Shown piece after piece: positions 1 to 11,470 of a stretch of DNA of 64,000 nt. A program made the position numbers and the translations under genes. Numbering within the stretch: the stretch's first letter is position 1; each line of letters begins with the position of its first letter. The notes beneath the pieces are model-generated. The model did not search any database. It had not been told where the DNA came from and saw only the letters and a list, made by a program, of their open reading frames with translations. Source of the DNA: Cyanophora paradoxa CCMP329. Taxonomy: Eukaryota; Plantae; Glaucophyta. The DNA lies in contig QPMI01000049.1 in assembly GCA_004431415.1 (NCBI GenBank), positions 62,001 through 126,000 on the forward strand, in the 5' to 3' direction.

Positions 1-40
1 TCTGACCCCCCTCCATGACGTGTTCCTCACGTGCACGGCT

Positions 41-117
41 TGCCGCAGAGCGCGTCGATGTCGTCCGCACCCGGCCGCGCTGCCGCAGAGCGCGTCGACG
101 TCTTCCGCACCCGGCCA
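41..117. repeat. Two tandem copies of a ~40-bp unit (tgccgcagagcgcgtcgaYgtcKtccgcacccggcc)
   Basis: Direct comparison of 41-80 with 81-117. Confidence 0.8.
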
Positions 118-2776
118 CGGCGCAGTCTACGTATACTCCCGGGCCCCCGCGGCATGGGCTTGAAGACGCCCGCCCAAACTCCTCTCCCCTGGGGCCATTG
201 CTGAAAAGAGCACACCCGGTCTCCCGGAGTCCTCCTCTCCGTGGCCTAAGCTAGACTAGGCTCGCCTGGATCCGGCCTCCGCGCCGGACCCCTTAACGTT
301 GCCACCCCGGAGGCGAAGGTTGCGTACCCCGCGGTCGCTTCTCCTCCGTCGCTCCTCTGCCCCGTGCTCCCGGCCCCCAACCGCCCTCCGGCGTCCCACG
401 CGCCCCGCCCCCGCCACCCTCCCCCTGCGCCCCGCCCCGATCGCCCCGTGCCCAGCTCGCAGCCGCCTTCTGGGGCTCTGCGCGCCCCGCCCCCGTCACC
501 CTCCCTTACGTCCTACCCCCGTCGCCCTCGGGCGCCCCGCCCCTGCTGCCCCGCCCCCCTGCGCCCCGCCCTATCACTCCCAAGCGCCCTGTGCGCCCTG
601 CTGCCCGCCACCCCCTCGTCGCCCTGCTCGCCTTGCCTTCATCGTCCCCCAACGCCCCGTGCGCCCCGCCTCCTACCACCTTACGGCGCCCCGCTTGTCC
701 CGTCCCCCGCCACCCTCAGCGCTCAGCGCCACTACCCCAGGCGCTCTACTTGGACCCGATCATCGAGAACGGCATCGTCCGCCACATCATCATCCCGCCC
801 CGCCCCGGCGTGGTCCCCTTCCTCCCGAACGTCGCCATCATCGGCCGTGAGATGGCGCCCCACCCCCCCCCCCCCCCCCCCTCCCCCGATGCCATCTACG
901 CTGATCGTGCAAGCGCAAGGCCACAGATCTAGAGGCCGTGGCGGACGGGGCAGCCCCCGCCGCCCCCGCCCCCGCCCCCGCCCGCGCGAACGCCGGTGCA
1001 GCAGTCCGGCTTCTCGACCTCCTCAAGCGCGAACCCGCCGCCATCGCGCGCTTCCCCGCCCTCCAGGCGGCCATGGCCGGGGCGCCACCATCGAGGACGA
1101 CGCGGCCGCAGCGTAGAGTCCCGGATCCCTCCGGCCGCCCGACCTAGTGCGGAACTAGGCAGCAAGCTCAAGTGCTTAACTGGGCAGCTAGCGGCAGCAC
1201 TTGGGCCGTTAGCTTTTCACCCTCCGAGATGCATTCCCCTCTCTCTTTTCCTCCCCCTTCTCCTACCCAGCCAGTGTCCTCCCCTCTCCCCCCTCTCCCC
1301 CCCCGTACAGGGCCAAGGACAACACCACTCCCAGACTCTAGATCTCCCACGCCCCAGACCAATATACTATGATAGCTATTAGCTAGCTATAGGGTATACG
1401 TAGAGCAGCAGGACGCCTTCCCGCTATGCTATCGCGATCGTGCTGTCGTGCTAGCTAGCCTAGTGGGTGCCCACCCAGTCGATGACAACGACGGGGCGGC
1501 TGTTGTTTGTCCTTAAATAAGAACGTTAACATTGCCCGGTTGGGCTTTTGCAAAAAGAAAAAAATCTAAATGATATCGATGTGGCCGAACTTCGGAATAT
1601 ACTAGCTTGCAATTGCCAAAAAAAAAGGTTGCCTGGACTCGTAGACTTATAATTAGAGCTCCGACTCGGCAAGGCTCCTGCTGTCATGCCATGATGATCA
1701 TGCACTGGCCCCGACTCAGATCGAGCTCTCAGAGTCTCGGCGGGCGCCGGGCGCCCCCAAGGCTTCAGACCCAACTGCAGCCTGGTCCTGGCAGCAGGCT
1801 CTGATCATGCCACGGCCATGATGAGACAGGTACCGGTCCCTGAGACTTGGACGTGGGAACTCGGAACTTCGGAACTTCGGAAGGGCGTAGGGCGTGCCGC
1901 ACGGTGAGCCGCTGAGCCGACTAGGCGATGTCACAGTACTATAGCTATAGCTAGCCTAGTAGTGTTCCCTCACTCAGTGACTGCTCAGCTGCAGATTAAT
2001 TTTTTATATTGTGGGGATCGCGCCCCGGCGCCGGCGCCGCGTGACTCGGCGAGGCTCATGATCAGCCTCAGGGCCTGGCAGGTCGGGCCGGGATGCGCAA
2101 TGACAGATCTCAGAGCCTAGATCCGATGATCTAGACTCTGAGACTCAGTGACTGGGGGCTCCGGGGCCGGGATACTATGATATCATTCGATCATTCATGA
2201 TCATCCCGAATATCGAATATCCGAGGCAGGTACCCATAAATATATAGGCTAGGCAGGCCGCCGGGCCGGGCCCCGAGGTGCACAGTGACAAATCCCTCAC
2301 CTCCCTATAACTGATTTGCATTAGCACAACCGTACAACAATGAAGTCGTAACGTCGACCATACCCTCACTGAAAACTATATCCAGGAAGAGAATATGAGG
2401 ACTCTCGTGTGCTGTGCCTACACATCTAGCTAATAAGAAAGTTAGCTACCCATCTAACTAGTTCTATGTAAATAAGTGGGGATGGGGCGAGGGTGGTAAA
2501 GTTGGTGGGGTGGTACTGCCTGAGTGGGAAGGTGAGGAGCTTGGTGCCTCCGGCCCCGCTAGGACCGGGGGTTCAGAGAGGATTAGGCCTCCACTTTGGC
2601 TGGGCACTCCCGCTCCGTTGCTCCCCGACTCCAACTGTCCCCCCCCTCCCAAGTCTACCCCCCTCTCCCCCCCCGGCAAGGGCCCGCCCTCCCCTGCCTG
2701 TCCACGCAAATTGCCAGTGTCCTTTACACTAGCAAACACAGCCCTTGAAGCTTCGAATTCTGCTCCTAGCCATCAG

Positions 2777-3560
2777 CTACATCGCCTGCGCCTGGCTCAT
2801 CTGCATCTGCTGTGTCATCTGCTGCGGCGTCTGCTGCATCGTAAAGCCCGGAAACCCCCCTGCAGCTGGGAGCTGGGGGGAGAAAATGGGGATCGGGGGC
2901 TGAGGCGCCGCCACCTCCTCCGGAATGTGCCCCTCGCGCTCGCCGCAGTGTCCGCCGCGTCCGCGTGTCCCTCGGCCCCGCGGGTTGCGGTCACGGGTAT
3001 TGCTGCTGCTGTGTGCCGGCGCCGCTGGCATCACCGCTGCCGGGTCCAAGCCCATGGCCAGCTGCAGTGGCGGCCAGGACGACATGGGGACGCCGGCCAC
3101 GGCCGCCAAGAGGGCAGCCGGCGTGGCGCTGTTGCCGCCCCAGGCTGGCGCTGGCAGGGCCGTGGGGGGTACGAATGGCTGCTGTACCCGTGGGCGCTTG
3201 GGCGCAGTGGGGAAGAAGGTCTCGCGGGGGTCCGCCTCTTCCTGGTCGCGCTTGCTCCCGCGCCCTCGCCCCACGCTCGCTGCTGCGCCGCCGCGGCCGT
3301 GGCCCCGGCTGCTGGCTGCCGAGCCCGGCGCCGGCTGCTGGCCTGCCGGCAACGATGATGCCGCCGCCAGGGGATCTTCCGCTGGCGCCGCAGCGTTTGC
3401 TTCGCCAGTCCTCGGCGCCCGGTTCTTTGGCTTCCAGTCATCGCCGGGGCACTTCGAGCTGCGATGCTCAAAATAGGCTTGAATGCGGTGGCGGCGGCAG
3501 CCGGCGGGGCTGAAGTTCTGGAGCGCCTTTGGGGTGAGGCTCGTCGGCGGACGGATCCGC
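2777..3560 (-). pseudogene. Start-less low-complexity ORF remnant with a Cys/His cluster; possible gag-like relic
   Basis: ORF 2777..3352 extends upstream in frame through AGCRRHRIQAYFEHRSSKCPGDDWKPKN and runs into the GC minisatellite. No recognisable domain. Confidence 0.25.
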
Positions 3561-3579
3561 CAGAGTGCACGTGCCGAAC

Positions 3580-4100
3580 TACCGCCCCCCCGAGCCCCTG
3601 CCCCGTGCGGCGAGCCACGCCGCTGCCCGCCAAGCCCCTGCCTCTGCCCGCCGAGCCCCTGCCGGCGCCGCCGCCCGCCGAGCCGCGCCGCCGCCTGCCG
3701 AGCCTCCGCCCCGTGCGGCGAGCCGCGCCGCCGCCCGCCGACCCTCCGCCCCGCGCGGCGTGCCCCGCCGCCGCCCGCCGGGCCGCTGCCTCCGCCCGCT
3801 GAGCCCCTGCTGCCGCCCGATGAGCCGCACCGCCGCCCGCCGAGCCTCCTTCCCGCGCGGCGAGCCGCGCCGCCACCTACCGAACCTCCGCCCCGTACGG
3901 CAAGCTTAAGCCTCGTCGCCGCCCGCCGAGCCGTGCCGCCGCCTGCCGAGCCTCCGCCCCTTACGGCAAGCCTCGTCGCCGCCCGCCGAGTTACGCCGCC
4001 GCCCGCCGACCCTCCGCCCTGTGCGGCGAGCCCCGCCGCCGCCCGCCGAGCCTCCGCCTCGTCAGCTGCCCGCCGAGCCTCGCCGCCGCCCGCCGAGCTT
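3580..4100. repeat. GC-rich minisatellite, 20-bp subunit / 40-bp unit (gagccgcgccgccgcctgccgagcctccgccccgtgcggc)
   Basis: Recurring gagcc...ccgccgcccgcc motifs at 20/40-nt spacing; explains the spurious Ala/Arg/Pro ORFs in several frames. Confidence 0.85.
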
Positions 4101-5788
4101 TGAGCCCCTGCGCCTCGAGCTCTCAGAGTCCGCCGTGTCCGGATCCAGCCTGGCAGCGAGCCGTGTCGACGTCCGCCGTGCCGCCGCCCGCCCGCCGCCC
4201 GCGCGCGGCCGCCAGAGGAAAGAGGGACCCACGAGGCGGGCTGGAATTAGAGGGGTATCACTGAGTCAGAGGGGGCGGCCTGGCTAACCGGCCACGGCCG
4301 CGGGCGCTTGGGTAGGGGCGGGGTGGGTGGCGAAGGCGGGGGCCTCCTACCCTCCTCGGGCCTCGCGAGTGAGACTGCGGGCCTCCTCGTCATCGCCGAC
4401 GGGGATTGCGCATCAAGGTACCGATGCACGCACCGGGTATCATAGTATGGCTCGGGGTGGCTTCAACTGCGGTTCTGTGATTCTGTGAGTACCCTAGTAC
4501 GTCTGCGCTTACAAGCGACGACGTACTCCCAGCTGATGTTCTGCTGATGTCCCACTGAGCGGCTGGGCCGAGGCGCGCAGCTCGAGCTTCAATGATGCGA
4601 CGGATGTGCCGGGCTGTTTATAAGTGTCGGGCCGGGAGAGAGAGAGAGAGCAAGTAAAAGACACAGGGTCGGGCCGGGAGCGAAGTACGCAGGCTCGCAG
4701 CCGGCCAGGGGGTACAACGTCTTCGCACTTGGGACTCGCGCGTTGCCATTTGTACCTTCGGCCGCGTTGCCTACTTATACAACCTCGCGAGACGGGTTTT
4801 CTATCCTTGCGCTCGGGCAAACAGTTCACAATGAGGGCAACCGAGTGGCTGTAATTGCTAGTTGAAAACTAAACCAATTCCCGTGAGAACGGCCCACGTG
4901 GCCGGACTCCAATTTATGCGAGGTCAATTAGACCTTTCCAACCCCATTTTGATACTGAAACAAATGAAAATAAACAGCTACCCCGGACCCGTGAGATCTA
5001 GAGTCGGGATATATCGATTCGCAATATTAATTCAAGCTCGAGAGTCGGGATCATATCATCTCGGATGCTCACGATTCACGACTCTGAACATATGCATGGC
5101 CCTCCCCCCCCAAGCAACAATGCCAGCAGATTGATTGATACGGCTTTGTCGACCCTCAGAATGCACTGTACAAGCATGCTACATTTTTAATAGTACTCGA
5201 GCTCGTCATCGTACTCCTCCTCATCCCATTGAGCAGCATCTGGCCACGTGCACTGCGGCTGCTGTGTATGTGTCAAACCGGTACCTGCACTAGTACTGCG
5301 GCGCCCGGCAGCTGGGTGCTGCATATGCATCGATATCTGCCAGCTGCAGGCTGTAGCGCTTGCAACATTCCGGAGGTTATCATAATTCAATGATTATAAT
5401 TAGCTTCTAGCTGCATCATACACTAGGGGGGCCCCCCCCAGTTCCAATGGCTCGGAATCACATAGTCTTACGGTATTGGAACAACGAACTTCCCAAATTC
5501 TCCATACTGGAAACATCGTAACTCTGGGAACTAATGATCAAGTTGCACTGAAAGTTTTGTAGCCCATGGAGATCCCAAGTCAGGAGTCCCGAGAGAAATG
5601 GCAATTGTTCAGATAGCAATAGCAATTGTTCCGACGACAAAGAGAAGAGTTCCCAGAGAAGCTATAAATAGCAGGCTCGCGCAGCCGGGCGCCCGCGCCC
5701 CCGCCCCGTGCACCCTGCCCTGCAGCGCCGGGGGTTGCCATGCATGAATACTGCAATTGCAACACAGCGCCGCCCTAGCGGCCGCACA

Positions 5789-6936
5789 CTATCTAGAGCT
5801 AGCACTGCGGAGGAGGGAAAGGAGGGCCTTGGGCCAGAAGACCACTCGGCCTTCCAGCCCACTGAAAGTAGTGAGCTCTTCGTTGCCAGGCAACTCCGTG
5901 ATATCCTCGGGGATCTGCACGCTAGACGTGAATGAACTGAATAAACCTCGAGGGAGTGACAGAGCTACCTTTCTGCCCAGCACGTCCTCGTCAGCTTTGC
6001 CTTCGGCAAGCACAACCAACTTGACGACGTCCGAGGGCTCCTCAGCTTCGCCCAACTGAAATGGAGTCAGTATGTGGCCCAACTGAAGAGGGGTACGGCG
6101 TTTAGCTATGAAGCTAGCGCCCCGACGCGGCCCGCGCGAGGGGGGTACGCCCTCACCAGCGCCTTCGGACCAAGGGACCCCAGCTACCGGGGGGTACCTT
6201 GTCCGAAGACGCCGGCGAAGGCGTACCCCCGTCGGGGGCTCGGAGGGGGCGGGTAAGTAGGGGCATCTAGAGCTAGTGCCCGATCGGGGCCCGCGCGAGG
6301 GGGGTACGCCCTCACCAGCGCCGTCGGACCAAGGGACCCCAGCTACCGGGGGGTACCTTGTCCGAAGACGCCGGCGAAGGCGTACCCCCACCGGGGGCCC
6401 GGAGGGGGCGGAGCGGAGGCGGGGCGGGGTAGGGCATCTAGATATAGCTAGGAGGGTGTACTGCGGGGGCGACGTGGGCGAGGGGGGGGGGGGAAGGGGA
6501 GGGGGAGGTTCATCTTGCCGCACCTTGGGCACTAGAATGCCGATGCCGACGAAGAAGAACCCTTCGTCGACGACGTAGACGTCGATCTTGGCAACGAAGA
6601 GCCGCACCTTGAGCCCGTCCTTGAGGAAGGGCAAGATGTGAGTGAATTTCAAGTAGCCCACAGGTTCCTGTGCGGAAGTCAGATTCAGATGGAGGGGAAG
6701 CGTTAAGGTGAGGACCGCACCGTTTCGCAACAGAGGAAGTCGGGTGCAGCAAGGGTCAAAGTCTGGGCCGTCGGACCGCCGCGTGCGGGTTGCGTCCTCC
6801 TGCGGCGCTTCCGCGCGGGCTAAAACTGCGTGTCAGACTCGTTGAGAAATAGGCGGGGCAGTACCTCGAGCTCCTTGAACACCGGCGCGGCTGTCGCCTC
6901 CGGAACCGCGGCCGCCGCCTCGCGCTTATCGCCCAT
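5789..6936 (-). CDS. Hypothetical protein, 4 exons, about 200 aa (MGDKREAAAAVPEA...EPVGYLKFTHILPFLKDGLKVRLFVAKIDVYVV...RVVFWPKALLSLLRSASSR)
   Basis: ATG at 6936; three GT-AG introns with this genome's donor and ctgac-type branch signals join the exons in frame; globular-looking sequence but no family recognised. Confidence 0.5.
6112..6441 (-). repeat. Two tandem ~159-bp units, each containing a ~90-nt inverted-repeat hairpin (6141-6230, 6300-6389), inside intron 6056-6523
   Basis: Arms gggggtacgcc...ggcgtaccccc are reverse complements around a short loop (agctacc); both units end in gggcatctag. Confidence 0.85.
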
Positions 6937-8639
6937 GTCCTGCGCAACGAAGATCACTCTTCGAGCGCGGAGACCACGACGCTCACTCAAGCGAGCGGAG
7001 ACCGCAGGGCTGGAGCGCTCACTCAAGCGAGCGGCCGGATGGACTCAACGGAACAGACGAGCGCACGTTCACCGACCGCTCCTGCGCAACATGTTCAGCG
7101 CAACGAGCACATAAAACGACCGCGGCGCCTCGCGAGGCAAGATTTACGCGAGGGTTGCCGGTCGAACCTTGCGAGACCGCGGAAAATGCCGCTCGGCGCT
7201 CGGCGAGGAAGCCGCCCGCTTCTAGGAGCGCTCTGGGAAGCAAAGAGCACATGAGCGCTCGGCAGCCCGCCGGGGACGGGCCGTCGGACCTGGGCTGTTC
7301 AAAACCCGGCTGCAGCCGACTGCCGCGGCTTCCCTGCGCGAGAGCAAGGCACAGCAGCTCGCTAGAGGTCCCTAGACGCTGCTCAAGACGCTGCTCAAGC
7401 GCGAGTTAGGTGCAGGTTGGCCCGCTGTTTGAAGCTGCTGGCCGTTAGCGAGGATCTACGTATACCCCGGACCAGCCGCCCCGGCTGCGAGCCGAGCTTA
7501 ACGAGCCGTTAGCGTTTACCATGCAGAGGGCCGCAGCAGCTGTAGCCGACTGTAGCAGCTGGGCCGCCTGGGCGTGCTTCCAGACAACAGCGCTTGCGTC
7601 CAACAGCCTGCCGTCGACGTCAGCCTGCCGTCAGCCTGACCTACAGCTAGCCGACGGCCGACTGAAGCCGGACGTCGCCGCCGCCGGACGTCAATCGGAC
7701 ACCGCGGCCGGCCGCGTTGAGAGCCCGGCCCACCGTCCGCCGGGGCGGGCGTGCGAGACTGCACTGACCACATACGCAGATTGCACGCACTGCAGGAGTT
7801 TGCGCTACTGTCGCGCGTCGCTGGCTCGGCCACGCGCCTTTGAACTGACCCCACCACACAGATTCCACGACGCGCTGCCGTGCGTGCCAGTGCGCCTGCG
7901 CCCGTATCGCAGCATTTTGCTCTCTTCTTCATAGAAGTGCTAATACGGTGCATAGATATACGCCTGCCTCGTCGTGGCCTTCGGGCGCTCGATTTGATCC
8001 GAGTCTGTCACGGACCCCACTGGAGAATCTCATGCGAGTGGACAGTTCAGGGCGCGCGCCGCTCTGTCTAGTGGCAGGATCTTGTATAATGTTTGAAAAT
8101 TGATTGTTTCGCTGTCTAGTATCGAGCCCAGGCCCTGCGCACACGCCACAGCACGGGCTCTCGAAGGGCTCGATCATCGGATGTTAGAGCAAGCCACCTG
8201 GCCGCATTCTCGCTGGACTCACTGAGTTAAATGAAAGTATAATGGATGTTCATCATGCTGTCCGATTTGCATCCTGCGCGAACGTGCGGCACGTTCAATC
8301 ATTGAATCTCGATCATGATCACTGATCATGAGTCCGACGGTCAGTGTGATGTTGAGAAGTTGAAGTCGTACTTTCGGCTTGTCAACTTAAAAGTGATAGT
8401 GCGGCACTATGTCACCCAGCACATCTCATATAATTATATGCTATAAACATCTCCCTTTCAATAAACTTAGTTATTTAAGCGTGAATCTTCTTCGAGGCTC
8501 TAGGATCCGGACACGAAGGGGGAAGGGGTGCATCTGATTCTGTTCTAGATCTGCAGTGCCACAGTGCGCATTCTCGCGCAGCCAGGCCATGAAGCAGTAC
8601 GTCAGAGCAACCTATTTTGACACGCGTGGTAACTAGCCT

Positions 8640-9875
8640 TGAAGCCGCAGAGCCCCCGCCCGTGCGGCAAGTCCTGCCGCGGAGCTGTTGCCCGCCGCGC
8701 CGCCGCCCCGTCCTGCGACCCGCGCCGCCGTCCGCAAAGCCGCCCGCCGCGCCGCCGCCCCGCCCGGCGAGCCGCGCCGCCACTCGCCGTGCCCTTGAGC
8801 TTTCCCCGCCCGGCGAGCCGTGCCGTCGCCCGTCGCGCCGCCGCCCCGCCCGTCGAGCTGCGCCGCCGCCCGACGAGTCTCCGCCCCGCCCGGCGAGCCC
8901 CGCCGTCGCCCGCCGGGCCGCCGCCCCGCCCGTCGAGCTGCGCCGCCGCCCGACGAGTCTCCGCCCCGCCCGGCGAGCCCCGCCGTCGCCCGCCGGGCCG
9001 CCGCCCCGCCCGGCGAGCCGCCCCGCCACCCGCCGCGTCCCCGCCCCGCCCGGCGTGCCGCGCCGCCGCCCGCCGCGTCCGCACCCCACCCGTCGAGCTG
9101 CGCCGCCGTCCGACGAGTCTCCGCCCCGCCCGGCGAGCCGCGCCGTCGCCCGCCGCGCCGCCGCCCTGCCCGAAGAGCCGCGCCGCCGCCCGCCGCGTCC
9201 CCGCCCCGCCCGGCGTACCGCGCCGCCGTCCGCCGCGCCCCCGCCCGGCCCGTCGAGCCGCGCCGCCGCCCGCCGAGTCTCCGCCCCGCCCGACGTGCCG
9301 CGCCGCCGCCCCCGCGCCCCCGCCCCGCCCGTCGAGCCGGGCCGCTGCCCGCCGCGTCCCCGCCCCGCCCGTCGAGCTGCGCCGCCGCCCGACGAGTCTC
9401 CGCCCCGCCCGGCGAGCCGCGCCGGCACTCGCCAAGCCTCCGCCTCGTGCGGTGAGCTGCGCCGCCGCCCGCCGAGCCCCCGCCCCGCCCGTCGAGCTGC
9501 GCCGCCGCCACGAGCTTCCGCCCCGTGCTGTGAGCCGCGCCGCCGCCCGCCGAGCCCCGGCGCCGTGCGGTGAGCCGCGCCGCCGCCCGCCGAGCCCCCG
9601 CCCTGTACGGCAAGCCGCGCTCCGTGCGGTGAGCCGCGCCGCCGCCCGCCGAGCCCCGGCGCCGTGCGGTGAGCCGCGCCGCCGCCCGCCGAGCCCCCGC
9701 CCCGTACGGCAAGCCGCGCCGCCGTCCGCCACGCCTCCTTCTCGCCCGACGAGCTGCGCCGCCATCCGCCACGCCTCCTTCTCGCCCGACGAGCTGCGCC
9801 GCCATCCGCCACGCCTCCGTCTCGCCGCGAGCTGCGCCGCCGCCCGCCGCACTTCCGCCCCGTCCCGTGAGCCGC
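8640..9875. repeat. GC-rich minisatellite, 40-bp unit with 80-bp higher-order dimers; same family as 3580-4100
   Basis: gagctgcgccgccgcccgacgagtctccgccccgcccggc alternates with gagccccgccgtcgcccgccgggccgccgccccgcccgtc; period of 80 between about 8855 and 8935. Confidence 0.9.
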
Positions 9876-9971
9876 GTCGTCTGGCAGCCTGTGAGCTCTG
9901 CGAGCCTGTGGTCGATGGCGAGGCTAGTCTCTCCCTCGACACGCGCTCGAGCCGGACGCGCTCTACAAACG

Positions 9972-10072
9972 AAAGCTTGACCAGGAGCACCATCGCTAGC
10001 TCGCCCGGAAGCTTTTGCATTCAATTGAAGAAAGCTTGACCAGGAGCACCATCGCTAGCTCGCCCGGAAGCT
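9972..10072. repeat. Direct repeat of a ~42-bp unit (aaagcttgaccaggagcaccatcgctagctcgcccggaagct), two copies
   Basis: Copies at about 9972 and 10031. Confidence 0.85.
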
Positions 10073-11059
10073 CTTGCGGCAGCTGGCGCCTCGTGGCAAT
10101 GCGCCTCATCCTCGGCGGGTCACTGGAACCTGCGCATTGTGAGCCAATCTGACCATTAAGGCCCGATTCAGCGCACTTTCTTCAGCCGGCTCCGCTTGTC
10201 AGCGCTTCGTAGCTTGGGGGTACTAGTACCACTTGCCAGCACGCAGTACCCCAACGAGCCACGGCACACCCGGAACCGCGGGCTCTAGCTGTGCGAACGC
10301 GGTCTCTATAGCATATAGGCCTTCCGTGCAAGGCGTTGGCACTGACGCGGCCCGCGTGCGCGCTTCCTACAAGGCGCGCGGTCGGCACCTCGATCGACAA
10401 GCCCGGCGCGGGCCGCACACGCATCAAACACGAATGCACAGCCATAGCTAGCGTTCGAAAGCACTCAGGAGGCCGCCGGCGCTGGTCGACTCGGCGACTG
10501 CAACCGAGCTCCGGAGCCGCGCCTGCGCTGCTAGTCGTAGCTATGACCCCTACTTAGCTGCCCTAGCGCACTGATAGTGCTCCCCGGGCGCCCTGTGCCG
10601 CGCCCCGGCCGCGCCTTGTTCTCTGTGGACAGCTCTGGATTGCTCTCGTTACAACTGACGCTGTCGGTACTACATGATCGTACGAGAGCTGTGCATAGTG
10701 CGAACGAAGTTGGGAACTTCGTTGTTCCGATTTACAATAGTCACAGTTTTGCCAGCAAACTTCATGATTCCGAACCATTGGAACTGGGGGGGGGCCCCCT
10801 AGTGATATCTGCTGCATGCAGCCTGGCATGCCGCTGAGCTGATCGATATCATGAGCCGCTGAGCTCGAGATTGATGTACCTGTAACGAAACGTATACGTA
10901 TACGTAGCTGAAGCTTAAGCGAACCGTTGAACCGTTGAACCGACCGTCGACGTCGGACCTGGCGATGCTGTGTATACGTACATGTTAAATTTAAAATCGT
11001 TGCCCGCATGCGCAACCTGCACTGCGGCAATTGGCAACCCTTGCAAATTGCGTGCCGCA

Positions 11060-11470
11060 AACATTGATATCGATATTTAATTATAAAGGCATGCCATGCA
11101 TATGATATCGATGCATATGATCATGATCATGATCATGACCGGTACGATACTATGCATATGATATATATATACGTAAACTGTCGGACTGCAGCATGATTCG
11201 CATCACGATCGATATAGCTATATATAGATATCTATATATACACTGATCATGATCATATGCATGACAGCAATTTATAATTAATTTAACTTTTTAGTAAGCT
11301 TAAGCTTAATTATAAGCTTGAAGCCGCACCTGCGCATGCATATGAGCATGCTGGCGCCGGCCGGCATGGCATATATACGTACTACGGTATACGTACGGGC
11401 CGCGGCGCCGGCCGGCCCGCGCGCGGGCGCATGCGCACGTTAACGAAATCTATATATATATATATATAGC
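11060..11470. repeat. Chained short-palindrome low-complexity DNA ending in a (TA)n microsatellite
   Basis: Overlapping gatatc, atcgat, atgcat, catatg, tgatca, aagctt, gccggc, cgtacg and gttaac motifs. Confidence 0.75.

Noticed and set aside
299-1382. Pro-rich ORFs at the window start
   Set aside because: Low-complexity C-rich sequence with frame breaks and a poly-C run; no recognisable domain.
8640-9875. Possible CRISPR-like array
   Set aside because: Units are contiguous and degenerate with no unique spacers; the context is eukaryotic and no cas genes are present.
8475-10039. Six long overlapping ORFs (211-472 aa) on both strands
   Set aside because: They are translations of a stop-poor GC minisatellite with no domain content.
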